From assembly GCA_934100165.1 (NCBI GenBank), contig CAKOPN010000006.1, positions 52,837 to 116,836 of the forward strand: 64,000 nucleotides of DNA, written 5' to 3'. Position numbers and translations under genes: made by a program. Below are positions 31,714 to 41,160 of this stretch, one piece after another (position 1 is the stretch's first letter; each line of letters opens with the position of its first letter). The notes under the pieces are model-generated. The model was not told the DNA's origin. It saw only the letters and a list, made by a program, of their open reading frames with translations, and did no database searches. The DNA comes from an uncultured Bacilli bacterium. GTDB lineage: Bacteria > Bacillota_I > Bacilli_A > RF39 > UBA660.

Positions 31714-32415
31714 CTAACTATTTGTTTTTACTTTTTTTCTGCTGCTTATAATAGGCGTTGTTACTTCTTTATCATTTAGATAATCAATATCAATTATTCT
31801 ATCGCTTTTGGATGTTTCCTTTACAAGCCTATAAAGATAGTTTTGCCAATCTTCTACTGTCGAATACCCACCATAATAAAGTTCATAATCTGAAAAATGT
31901 GTGCAACCACATGTTAATAATGAAAAATCCTTATCTTGAGCGTTAGCTTATTCTATAATTCTTACAGTAGATTCGCATGGATACATTGAGGTCACTAAAG
32001 TATAATTTTCTAATGACATATCGCCACAAAATGATGATTTGCACAACTTTACGTTTCCTAATTTTGTTGGAATCAAAAATGGATCTATTGCTGTTATACT
32101 TCCTTTGTTTATGCTTTGCTGACATATATCTATCTTTTCTGCTAGTGTTGGGAAAAAGCCACTTGCTACTTCTAAGATATCTTGATTTAGGCCATATTTT
32201 TCATTTATAAAATCCATAAATTTCTTATACACATCTCTATCGTCTGATAATGCAGAAATATGTGAATATATTTGACTAAGTATATCAATGTGTTCAAAAT
32301 CATGATAGTAACGTAAAAAGTTATCTCTTATAAAAGCTAAAGCTTTGCTGTCATATCCATGACCATATTCTTTTAAATACTCTTCTAGTTTTTTAGTTAA
32401 CTCTGCATCACTCAT
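31714..32415 (-). pseudogene. Hypothetical protein (weak SAM-MTase-like motif ILEVASGFF) interrupted by an in-frame TAA
   Basis: The track ORF 31948..32415 ends at TAA (31948-31950). The same frame stays open for 77 more codons (ANAQDKDFSLLTCGCTHFSDYELYYGGYSTVEDWQNYLYRLVKE...) to TAG at 31714-31716. That stretch has no in-frame ATG, GTG or TTG. Confidence 0.55.
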
Positions 32416-32439
32416 CTTTTAACTCCCTACCTACGTCTT

Positions 32440-33276
32440 TTACTTATCATAATCATCTAAAAAAGAATATTCTTTTCCATCTTTTTTGTATCCTAATATG
32501 GTGTTTAGATTTACATTACAAGCACTTTTAAAAATATTGAAGTCAATATTGGCATTTTTTGTTTTTAAATATTTTATTAACTCTTTTACTTCTTTTCTTT
32601 TACTTACGGATTCATCACTTGCTGATCTTTCAGTAAAACTACAAGCACAGTTCAAGAAAGTTAGATTATTAAAGTCCCTCCAAGATATTATATCTTTTTC
32701 ACGTATTAGATAAAGTGGTCTTATTAACTCTAATCCTTCAAAGTTTTCACTATGAAGTTTTGGTAGCATTGTTTTAAATTCTGCACCATATAGCATACTT
32801 AGCAAAGTTGTCTCTATTACATCATCGAAATGATGACCAAGTGCTATTTTGTTGCATCCTAGTTCTTTAGCCTTGCTATAAAGAAATCCCCTACGCATTC
32901 TTGCACACATATAACATGGTTTTTCCTCATTTAATTTTTCAGCAATGCTAAAGATATCACTTTCAAACATTTGAATATTTATATTAAGTATTTTGGCATT
33001 GTTTATTATTTTATCAACATTTTCTTTTCTGTATCCTGGGTTCATTACGACATATATAGCATCAAAATTTATTTTTCCGTGACGTTTTAACTCTTCTATA
33101 CACTTAGCAAGCAAAAAAGAATCTTTACCACCAGAGATGCATACCATAACCCTATCGTTTTCATTTATCAACTTATAATCTTTTACTGCACGAGTAAATC
33201 TACTCCATATCTCCTTACGATATTTTTTTATTATACTTCTTTCTATTTCTTTATATCTTTCTTCATTATTATTCAT
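32440..33276 (-). CDS. ttcA: tRNA 2-thiocytidine biosynthesis protein TtcA-like PP-loop ATPase
   Basis: PP-loop VCISGGKDS; CYMCARMRRG; ALGHHFDD. Confidence 0.85.
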   Translation of the reverse strand: MNNNEERYKEIERSIIKKYRKEIWSRFTRAVKDYKLINENDRVMVCISGGKDSFLLAKCIEELKRHGKINFDAIYVVMNPGYRKENVDKIINNAKILNINIQMFESDIFSIAEKLNEEKPCYMCARMRRGFLYSKAKELGCNKIALGHHFDDVIETTLLSMLYGAEFKTMLPKLHSENFEGLELIRPLYLIREKDIISWRDFNNLTFLNCACSFTERSASDESVSKRKEVKELIKYLKTKNANIDFNIFKSACNVNLNTILGYKKDGKEYSFLDDYDK

Positions 33277-33331
33277 ATTACGGCTCCTTAAACACCAATG
33301 AATTATAACAGGATAATAAGAATTTTACAAT

Positions 33332-33354
33332 AAAAAAAGAAGCCTTGCGGCTCC
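33332..33354 (-). terminator. Rho-independent terminator after hsp20
   Basis: GGAGCC-GCAA-GGCTTC hairpin followed by T7 on the minus strand. Confidence 0.7.
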
Positions 33355-33740
33355 TATTCTATTTCAATTAGTTTTTTATTCTCAGACTCTTCAACTTTTG
33401 GCACTTTAATCTTCAAAATACCATTTTCAAATTTAGCTGTAATATCATCTGTTCTTAATTCGCCTAAATAGAAAGATCTTTCAAATTTACCATATTTTCT
33501 TTCGTGGCAAATATAATTTTTCTTTTCTTCTTTTTCGTCTTCTTTCTTTTCGGCAGTTATAGTTAAGTAGCCATCCTTAGATTCTACTTTAATATCTTCT
33601 TTTCTAAATCCAGGAATATCAACTTCTATGTTATAATTACCATCCTTTTCGTAAACATCACATTTCATTGTATTTGTATTAGGTGTCATAAAATCATTGA
33701 ATACATCGTCTAAGAAATAATTTCTTGGTACTAATTTCAT
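33354..33740 (-). CDS. Hsp20/alpha-crystallin small heat-shock protein
   Basis: Alpha-crystallin domain (D.YE.D..Y.IEVD.PGF.KEDI.V......L.I.A.K..., ...F.NGIL.I..PK). ATG at 33740 lies 6 nt after GGAAGG. Confidence 0.9.
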   Translation of the reverse strand: MKLVPRNYFLDDVFNDFMTPNTNTMKCDVYEKDGNYNIEVDIPGFRKEDIKVESKDGYLTITAEKKEDEKEEKKNYICHERKYGKFERSFYLGELRTDDITAKFENGILKIKVPKVEESENKKLIEIE

Positions 33741-33779
33741 ATCCATCCTTCCTTTCACAATTGTAATTATAGCACTATA

Positions 33780-33806
33780 TTAGCAGATGTCAATAGAGAG
33801 TGCTAA
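33780..33806 (-). promoter_or_regulatory. CIRCE-like inverted repeat upstream of hsp20
   Basis: The minus strand reads TTAGCACTC-N9-ATCTGCTAA, versus the CIRCE consensus TTAGCACTC-N9-GAGTGCTAA. The left arm is perfect and the right arm matches 6/9. Confidence 0.45.
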
Positions 33807-33913
33807 TTTTTTTTATTTTTTTTGACACAGTATTATTATGATGTGTAAAAGGAAGAAATATTCTCATTATTGAAAATAAATTTACTTTTTCCAAAAAATG
33901 GTAAAACGCTTTA

Positions 33914-34939
33914 TTAGTCAGTGAAGTGACCATATCTTGCTTTTTCTTCATAGCATATATTTTTTAAATTTAAATCTTTAATTATATTTTTTGGTGTACA
34001 TTCATCATATAAAGACTCAGGAACTTCCAAATCTTTATTATTAGCTCTTATATAAATTGCTAAAGGCTTTTCCACTCCTATTGCATAAGATAACTGAACC
34101 ACACAAGTATCAAATTCAGGATGACGTGATAATACTTTTTTAGCAATTTCTCTTGCTTTATAAGCACCGCTTCTATCAACTTTAGTTGGATCTTTTCCTG
34201 AGAATGCTCCACCTCCTACACTAGCAAATGAATGATAGCTATCAACAACTATTTTTCTACCAGTTAGTCCTGCATCTCCAGAAAAACCACCAATTAAAAA
34301 TTTGCCTGTTGGATTTATTAAATACTTTTCAACTTTGATATTGTATCTTGCACAAATTTCATCACAAATTCTAATAATTATTTTGTCTGTATCTTCTCTT
34401 TCCTGTTCTGTGTTTTGGTAACATATGGTAAAAGTTTTGATTCCAGCAAGTTTTCCTTCACTAGTATATTCGCCTGTTATTTGTGCTTTACCATCTGGCA
34501 AAAATCTTTTGTCATTTTGACGAAGGACATCATAAGTCATGCTAAGTTTTTGTAAAATAACCATCGCTAAAGGAAGCATTTCTTCTGTATCTCTACAAGC
34601 AAATCCAAACATCATACCATTATCACCGGCACCACCTACTTCATCATTAGTGCCAAGTGCTATGTCATGGCTTTGCTTTCCTAAATTATTTATAATTTCA
34701 TAATTTGTTTCATAACCAACGTCTTTTAATACTCTTTTAACTACATTTTGCACATCAACTTCTGCACTGCTTGTAACTTCACCTGTTATAAATATTTTAC
34801 CTTTTCCTCCCATCACTTCGATTCCACATCTTGCATTCTTATCCTTTTCTAGGTAAGCATCTAAAAGTGCGTCACTTATTTGATCACAAACTTTGTCTGG
34901 ATGCCCCCTAAATACTATTTCATTACTATACAATTTCAT
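33914..34939 (-). CDS. metK: S-adenosylmethionine synthetase (short form, about 341 aa)
   Basis: GHPDKVCDQISDA, GAGDNGMMFGFA and GGGAFSGKDPTKVDRSGAY motifs. ATG at 34939 is preceded by AAGGAGAA. Confidence 0.92.
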   Translation of the reverse strand: MKLYSNEIVFRGHPDKVCDQISDALLDAYLEKDKNARCGIEVMGGKGKIFITGEVTSSAEVDVQNVVKRVLKDVGYETNYEIINNLGKQSHDIALGTNDEVGGAGDNGMMFGFACRDTEEMLPLAMVILQKLSMTYDVLRQNDKRFLPDGKAQITGEYTSEGKLAGIKTFTICYQNTEQEREDTDKIIIRICDEICARYNIKVEKYLINPTGKFLIGGFSGDAGLTGRKIVVDSYHSFASVGGGAFSGKDPTKVDRSGAYKAREIAKKVLSRHPEFDTCVVQLSYAIGVEKPLAIYIRANNKDLEVPESLYDECTPKNIIKDLNLKNICYEEKARYGHFTD

Positions 34940-34986
34940 ATTTTCTCCTTCTTTCATTTTTGTAAGTATTTTTATTTCCATCTCAC

Positions 34987-35112
34987 AAAAAAACACCCAA
35001 GATAACTTTATCTTGAGTGACGAAGTTATCTCATAGTTCTAGCATTACCACCTAATTCAATAGGTTGGTGTGACTTCACAGGGCTAGTCCCTCCATCACT
35101 CTTTATAAGATG
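34987..35112 (-). promoter_or_regulatory. SAM-I (S-box) riboswitch with intrinsic terminator
   Basis: The minus strand reads CTTATAAAGAGTGATGGAGGGACTAGCCCTGTGAAGTCACACCAACC...GGTGGTAATGCTAGAAC...GAGATAAC (S-box core). It is followed by the terminator CACTCAAGATAAAGTTATCTTGGGTG + T7, directly upstream of metK. Confidence 0.88.
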
Positions 35113-35236
35113 TAATCTAATTATACAATACGATAAAAAATTTGCAAGTGTTTGCTAATAAAGTAATAATATTTTTACAAAAAAATAAAGATAAAGCTTT
35201 GTGTATATGCTTTACCTTTTTAAATTACTTTATACT

Positions 35237-36688
35237 TTATTTCACACTTTTAATATAAAAATCATATCCAATTGTATCTTTCACAACTTCAAAAGTAACA
35301 TCATATTTTTTCCCTTTGGTCAAATTCAATGCACTTGATCCATCAGAAATAATGTACTTCATTTCGTATACATTGTTTTTGCTATCTAACAATGTGTAAT
35401 CAATATAAGCATAAGCTTCATCATCTTTATATCCAAAACCAGTAGAACCAATTTCATTTAAAGTAAATGATTCTGTATGAGTTCCAACTGAATATAATCC
35501 TATTTTGTCTCTTAATTCGTCTTCACTTTTAACGTTCTTAATTTCTTCATTATTTGATTTTAAGTATATTTTGTAATCAACGATAGTCTTCTTGCTGCCT
35601 TTCTTAGTATAATATATATTTATTTTTATATGATCACTATAATAGCTTAATTTATTAAACAAATCAATATTATCAGCTGCAAATGCATAATCTACAGACT
35701 TGCCTGACTCTTCAATAGAGATGGTACATTCAGAATTAAGGCAAAAAGAACCATTAACAGTAACATTTTCTACTAAAGTGGCATCTTTCGTATCGCTGTT
35801 ATTTGTTTTATTTTCATTTGTTGTATTTTCACGATTATTAGGATTAAACATGTCTACAATCGTACCACCAATTCCTGCAGCAATCATTATAGCCGTTGCA
35901 ACTGCTGTAATTCCCATTACTGAAAGGAATCCCAAGAAAATTTGACCAACACTTGTTCCACCTTTATCGGCACAAATCTTTTTTAGTTCATTAAAATCTT
36001 TTTGTTGGTTCAAAAACTTAATTTTTTCAATTTTCTTTTTTGCGTAATATAAGTAGATTTTATTTATCGAAAATCCAACTAGTAAGCTATATATGATATT
36101 CACTATATCATTGTTTATCGTATTTATCATAATTAAACTTATTATAAATGAAATAATGGCATATAAGAACATTTTTCTATAAAACATATACATTGTTGTA
36201 AAGAAGAAACCTGCAAAGTTGAATGGTTTAGTAGTTATTTTTTCATAATTGTTTCCAATAAAGGCCTTCAAGAGTTCTTCATCATTTGTAGAACCAGTAT
36301 TATTTGTTGGTGGTGTTGTATAATTCATATTTTGTTGTGGCATAGAATACATATTACCTACTGGTTGCTGTGGTTGCATAGCAGGGTTTATTGCTTGTGC
36401 ATTAAAATTGTTTGCTGGATTAGCATTATATTGTTGTTGATTTGGTTGCATAAGATTGTTGGTATCTGAGGCATTTATATTAGGTAAAGCATTGGTGCTT
36501 TGATTGTTAAATTGCTCGTTATTTAAACCATTATTTGGCAAAAATGTATTATTCATTTGTGGCTGTTGCATAGCTGTAGGGTTTGAATTATTAAATTGAG
36601 TTGGTGGAATTAGATTTGGAATAGCATTATTATTTGAATCATCTACTCCATTAAGAAACTTATTAGTATTAGTGTTATTATCATCCAT
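35237..36688 (-). CDS. Membrane protein with an N/Q/P-rich low-complexity N-terminal domain of about 140 aa
   Basis: N-terminus is NNTNTNKF...QQPQMNNTFLPNNGLNNEQFNNQ...; central TM segments (FNFAGFFFTTMYMFYRKMFLYAII, possibly DUF2628-like); C-terminal globular domain. Confidence 0.75.
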   Translation of the reverse strand: MDDNNTNTNKFLNGVDDSNNNAIPNLIPPTQFNNSNPTAMQQPQMNNTFLPNNGLNNEQFNNQSTNALPNINASDTNNLMQPNQQQYNANPANNFNAQAINPAMQPQQPVGNMYSMPQQNMNYTTPPTNNTGSTNDEELLKAFIGNNYEKITTKPFNFAGFFFTTMYMFYRKMFLYAIISFIISLIMINTINNDIVNIIYSLLVGFSINKIYLYYAKKKIEKIKFLNQQKDFNELKKICADKGGTSVGQIFLGFLSVMGITAVATAIMIAAGIGGTIVDMFNPNNRENTTNENKTNNSDTKDATLVENVTVNGSFCLNSECTISIEESGKSVDYAFAADNIDLFNKLSYYSDHIKINIYYTKKGSKKTIVDYKIYLKSNNEEIKNVKSEDELRDKIGLYSVGTHTESFTLNEIGSTGFGYKDDEAYAYIDYTLLDSKNNVYEMKYIISDGSSALNLTKGKKYDVTFEVVKDTIGYDFYIKSVK

Positions 36689-36893
36689 AACTGGTTACCT
36701 CCTATTTTTTTAATTATATCATACAAGTAATCAAAATCGACTATTTTTTTTATAGGAAATAACTTTAAAATGTCATTTTTTCATAATTTTATTTAGACAC
36801 CAACACAGTCTAAATTATATTAGTTATTTAGCATAATGCTTTTTTTAATAAAAAAACGATTTAACCTTTGAAATGTCAAATCGTAAATATCTT

Positions 36894-36969
36894 TGGCAGG
36901 GGATGCAAGACTCGAACTCACGACACCCAGATTTGGAGTCTGGTGTTCTACCAACTGAACTAATCCCCT
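36894..36969 (-). tRNA. trnW: tRNA-Trp (anticodon CCA), encoded 3' CCA
   Basis: The reverse complement AGGGGATTAGTTCAGTTGGTAGAACACCAGACTCCAAATCTGGGTGTCGTGAGTTCGAGTCTTGCATCCCCTGCCA folds as a cloverleaf. It has a 7-bp acceptor stem, anticodon stem CCAGA/TCTGG, loop CTCCAAA and a TTCGAGT T-loop. Confidence 0.95.
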
Positions 36970-37034
36970 ATAAATATAATGCTAAAATCCATCACATGTC
37001 TAATTTTAACATTATATTTTTAAAAGTTCAACTA

Positions 37035-37907
37035 TTATTTTACTTTTTCTACAGAAACAAAAGCATATGTGCCATTTGAATCTTTTTCAAAAGTATATTT
37101 GTAAATACTAGCTTTATCTTGATACTTATTGAAGAATTCATCGTTTGTCATTACTTGACCATTTACTTGAGCAACAAGCGTCTTTCCTTGATAATCAGAA
37201 TAATAACTCGAATCGCAGAAATTAAATGCGACATATTCATATACATCTATAGTATCTTTGCTTGAACTTATTGTCTTTTTAGCATAACCTATTTTAGAAT
37301 ATGTTTTATCACAAACCATTCCACCACCATCTTTATTTTGTTGTTCATATCTATTTTTAGCATCTGACCATTCAAACCCAGTTCCTAATACTGTTTTTAA
37401 AATGAATGAACTTCTAGAATAGCTTATAGTGTTGCCATATAAACCAGTAAATGCATTTTGTACTTCTTCTTCTGATAGATATGCCACTTTGTTATTTTGT
37501 TCCAATTTAACTTTATCTTTTATAGATTCAGTTGATAATGATAATCTAAGTTTCTGTGGTTCATCTTTTAATACTGTTTTATCTTTTTTATAAAAATAGT
37601 TTCTATAAAAATACTCACCATCAGTATTGTAAACATTAATAGCTTTTTTTACTAAATTTTGTACTTCTTCACTGTTTACATCTAAATCTATTACAGTTTC
37701 TTTATTTTCTTCTTTGTTGTCATCCTTGTTATCATTGTTTGTAGGATCTTTTACTTCTTCATTGTTTCCGTTATTTTGATTTTTATCATCATTTTTACTG
37801 AATAGATTACTTTGTCCTACTACTATACCTCCAAGAAAAAATATTATTACTAATAGCACTACTATCACAATATATAATGCATTTCCCTTTTTTGTTTTCT
37901 CCTCCAT
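37035..37907 (-). CDS. N-terminally anchored extracytoplasmic protein, unknown function
   Basis: ATG at 37907 lies 7 nt after AAGGAG. One TM (ALYIVIVVLLVIIFFLGGIVVG), an N/D/K-rich linker, then a globular domain. Confidence 0.7.
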   Translation of the reverse strand: MEEKTKKGNALYIVIVVLLVIIFFLGGIVVGQSNLFSKNDDKNQNNGNNEEVKDPTNNDNKDDNKEENKETVIDLDVNSEEVQNLVKKAINVYNTDGEYFYRNYFYKKDKTVLKDEPQKLRLSLSTESIKDKVKLEQNNKVAYLSEEEVQNAFTGLYGNTISYSRSSFILKTVLGTGFEWSDAKNRYEQQNKDGGGMVCDKTYSKIGYAKKTISSSKDTIDVYEYVAFNFCDSSYYSDYQGKTLVAQVNGQVMTNDEFFNKYQDKASIYKYTFEKDSNGTYAFVSVEKVK

Positions 37908-38069
37908 TTGCCTACTCCTTTTTATTGTAAATAATAGCACATATTACATCATTTTTCAATCTATCAATCATTTATTATTTTTTGAGCATAATTACCAAAT
38001 TTTACCATTTTTTTGTTTTACTACATAAAAAAATCAATTACACCTTCTTCGATATAATTGATTACACTT

Positions 38070-39217
38070 TTATCTTGGCAACAATAAAAGTTGATTTATT
38101 CTTAGAACATTGCTAGTTAAATTATTTAAACTTTTTATTGCATCTACAGTAGTATTGTTTTCTCTTGCTATAGAATATAATGTGTCATTTGGTTGTACAT
38201 AATAATTTATGTAAGAGTTTGTATTTGGAATATATAAGATTTCCCCTACCGTTAAAGTTGTTGATGGGAGTGAGTTATATTCCATTATTTCATTAACTGT
38301 AGTTCCATATTTTCTAGCAATTGAATAAAGCGTATCATTCCTTGCCACTACATGTTTTATATCATCTTGATTGACATTTCCTTGATTATTATTACCTATG
38401 TTACAACTAGCTGGAAGTAACAAGATATCCCCTCTTCTAATAATGGTAGTTTCTAGATTATTTAGTCTTATAATCTCATTAACATCTATGCTACAAGTAT
38501 TTGCAATTTTCCATAAAGAATCACCATCTTGAACCGTATAACTGATCGTTTCTGTGCCATTGCCTGGTGTTTCATTACTTATTGGTATCAAAAGTTGTTG
38601 GCCAATTACCAAATTTTGGGTATTTAGCTTGTTAAAATCTATGATATCTTCTGGTGTTATTCCATATTCTGTGGCAATTTTATATAATGTATCTCCTCTT
38701 TTTACTGTGTAGACTGTATAATTACTTGGATTTGGAATAATTATTTCTTCAGAATCTGGAAGGATTAGTTTTTGACCTATTTGAAGTGTGTTTGATGTTA
38801 AGTTATTTGCACTTTTTATGGCCTGAACAGTAGTGTTATACTTTTGTGCTATACTGTACAGACTATCTCCTCTTTGCACTACATAAATATTTTGACTATC
38901 ACCGTTAACAGGAACGTATGGTACACCAATGTAATTAGCAACTGCTTTTACAACTGCTTCACCATAATCTAGCAAATTGTTTTGAAGTTTATATAAGTCA
39001 TTTTTATTGTCTATAAAGCCATACTCAATTAGTAGAGACTCTGTATCGCCAGTTAATCTTTGAATAAAGTAATAATCCTTTGATGGATTTTCTGGTAATC
39101 TTCTTTGATAATATTTTCTACCCTTTTGACCAGCTTTTTCTAGTTCTTCTAGAATTGACTTTGCAAGAGTATCATCATTTCTCAATGCGTAAACAACTTC
39201 AGCGCCTTCACCACCTG
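38070..39217 (-). pseudogene. N-acetylmuramoyl-L-alanine amidase (Amidase_3) gene, 3' fragment: C-terminal half of the catalytic domain plus 5 LysM repeats
   Basis: The frame is open from 39245. It reads ...PGGEGAEVVYALRNDDTLAKSILEEL...YYFIQR...LLIEYGFIDN, followed by five LysM units (Y.V..GD.LY.IA....). It has no proper start; the track uses a TTG at 39185. It is the continuation of the fragment at 51973..52243. Confidence 0.85.
39209..39217. repeat. 9-bp direct repeat flanking the element (left copy; att core region)
   Basis: CACCACCTG is also present at 51973-51981. Confidence 0.85.
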
Positions 39218-39234
39218 GTGATGGGCATTGTGTA
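39218..39234. repeat. 17-bp terminal inverted repeat, left end
   Basis: GTGATGGGCATTGTGTA. The reverse complement of 51956-51972 is GTGATGGTCATTGTGTA, a 16/17 match. Confidence 0.85.
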
Positions 39235-39245
39235 GTTAATTTATT

Positions 39246-40511
39246 TTAAAAATGTTTATTAAATTTATAATCATTATAATTTAACATATTTGAAAAAATT
39301 ATATCAATTACAATATCATAAAGTATTTTTGTTCTTTTATAAATCCATTCAATATCAACATCATTTGCAAAATAATCTTTTGGATTTTTTTTACCTTTTA
39401 TTCTAGGATATATTATTTCTAATGTTTCATTGTCAATAAAATATCCATTGTGTGCATAATGATTTCTTAAACTTATTATCTCCCTAGTGTAATCTTCAAC
39501 ATTAACTATTATCTCTTTTTTATAGTTATTAATAAGGCTATATGAAATAAAATCATTATAATGTCCATTACATTTGTAATAACATTCAATAAATCTATAA
39601 AACATTAAAAAATTATCTTCAATATTTCTAGAAGTATTTAAAATTATATATGGGATATTTCTTATTTCACTTTTACTATTTCTATATGGTATTAAATTAT
39701 AACATTTTGGCAAAAAATTTTTTAACTCATCAGACACGCTATTAAGTACAAGCTTACTATTATAGTCTAATCTTTTCATAGGAATATTCAATTCGTAATA
39801 AAAATCATTAATAAATACTTGAACTTTATCTATTATCAATTTATCAGGCCTTAATAATTGTAAGTATATCATAATTTCTCTTATATAATCATATACATCA
39901 TCACAACTTATTGCATCTTCCAAAATCATTTCCAAATAACCCGTTAATTTGATAGATATATCTTTATTTTTATAGTTATGAATATGATTCCAATCATCTG
40001 ATAAAATTAATTTTTTTATATTATCTTTGTTTATGTCAATTGTTTGTTTTATTGTTTCAAATTGAAGTTTTATTACCAATTCATTTTCTATTGTTTCCTC
40101 AAATAAGCTTGGATGACCTATAAGTTCATTAATAAAACTACTATATAATTTTATTTTTTTAACATCTGGACTTTTAGGCAATTCACATAATTTGTTATAA
40201 TCCTTATGACTATAATAACACCTTGAAATAAATTTGGTTTTTGAACCACCATCTGGAGTCCCCCACACGTTAGTGTGCCCTGAATAACATGCATCTTTTA
40301 ACAAGTAATTTATTTTATTTTGATAATCAATAATTAGTATATCTCGCTCATTAAATTTTGTATTTATTCCAAAAGTTCTAACTCCATTATTATTTGGTTC
40401 AATTTCATCATCTATATCATAATTTACAATTACTTCTATTGCTTTGTCATTAATTAAATATTCACATTCAAAAGATTTATCATAATCCTTATTAAAAAAA
40501 CATACTGCCAT
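39246..40511 (-). CDS. HEPN-domain protein, ApeA-like candidate
   Basis: 421 aa. The C-terminal region has NFLMFYRFIECYY ... EIISLRNHYAHNGYF (Rx4H HEPN motif). Size and layout resemble ApeA-type single-protein defence nucleases. Not verified by HMM. Confidence 0.5.
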   Translation of the reverse strand: MAVCFFNKDYDKSFECEYLINDKAIEVIVNYDIDDEIEPNNNGVRTFGINTKFNERDILIIDYQNKINYLLKDACYSGHTNVWGTPDGGSKTKFISRCYYSHKDYNKLCELPKSPDVKKIKLYSSFINELIGHPSLFEETIENELVIKLQFETIKQTIDINKDNIKKLILSDDWNHIHNYKNKDISIKLTGYLEMILEDAISCDDVYDYIREIMIYLQLLRPDKLIIDKVQVFINDFYYELNIPMKRLDYNSKLVLNSVSDELKNFLPKCYNLIPYRNSKSEIRNIPYIILNTSRNIEDNFLMFYRFIECYYKCNGHYNDFISYSLINNYKKEIIVNVEDYTREIISLRNHYAHNGYFIDNETLEIIYPRIKGKKNPKDYFANDVDIEWIYKRTKILYDIVIDIIFSNMLNYNDYKFNKHF

Positions 40512-40531
40512 TATAATACCTCCAAAACTAC

Positions 40532-40729
40532 TTAAAATTCATCATCTATATCATAAATAATACCACTTGTAGGATGTTTTAAAATTTTTAATAATTCATT
40601 TCCTATTATTCTTATTTCAAAATAAAATACTATTGCATCTTCAGAATCAAATGTATTATCTCTATCAGGATCTGTATCATGTTTTGCATAATTTAATAAT
40701 CTTCTTAAATTGTTAAGTCTATCGTACAA
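40532..40729 (-). CDS. Small HEPN-motif ORF (possibly the 3' part of a frameshifted gene)
   Basis: LNNLRRLLNYAKHDT (Rx6H) followed by DSEDAIVFYFEIRIIGNELLKIL, a typical post-motif HEPN helix. There is no ATG; the track start is a TTG. The frame opens inside the end of the upstream ORF. Confidence 0.45.
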   Translation of the reverse strand: MYDRLNNLRRLLNYAKHDTDPDRDNTFDSEDAIVFYFEIRIIGNELLKILKHPTSGIIYDIDDEF

Positions 40730-40740
40730 ATCCCCATTAA

Positions 40741-41154
40741 TTATTCCTTCGTTATATAATGTTCAATATTTCTTCCAAACTCTCTTTTATTATAAATAAA
40801 TTTAATAAGTTTATTTTTAGATAAAGTTAATTTAACAAGTGTTTCTACATGTAATGCAGCATCTATTATTATATGTCTTGCTCTATTGCAACAATACATA
40901 TCACTTCTTGCATATTGAAGACTTCTGAATACATTTCTATAGTCACCTAATCTATTAAATGGATTTACTGTAGGATTTAATGGTGCAGCGTAACCACCAA
41001 ATCCACCTATTTTTTGATCAAATTCCCATATTTCTCTTTGCTTTTCCTTATTCATGTATTCCTTATCAATTATTTTTGCAAATCTCTTAAAAAGTGTTAT
41101 TTCTTCTTTAGTATAGTAGTTATTTACAATAATTCTAGTTTCTATTCTCATCAA
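40741..41154 (-). CDS. Hypothetical protein (possibly the 5' part of the same HEPN gene)
   Basis: 137-aa ORF, 6 nt downstream of the Fic gene. It ends ...RNIEHYITKE*, and the -1 frame continues as ...LYNEGIINGDLYDRLNNLRR.... Confidence 0.5.
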   Translation of the reverse strand: MMRIETRIIVNNYYTKEEITLFKRFAKIIDKEYMNKEKQREIWEFDQKIGGFGGYAAPLNPTVNPFNRLGDYRNVFRSLQYARSDMYCCNRARHIIIDAALHVETLVKLTLSKNKLIKFIYNKREFGRNIEHYITKE

Positions 41155-41160
41155 TGATTC

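Noticed and set aside
31758-32125. Plus-strand ORF 31758..31946 and minus-strand ORF 31943..32125.
   Set aside because: The first is antisense to the stop-free extension of the 31948..32415 gene. The second is an alternative frame inside that gene.
36873-37079. Plus-strand 68-aa ORF.
   Set aside because: It runs antisense through tRNA-Trp and into the 3' end of the 37035..37907 gene, so it is spurious.
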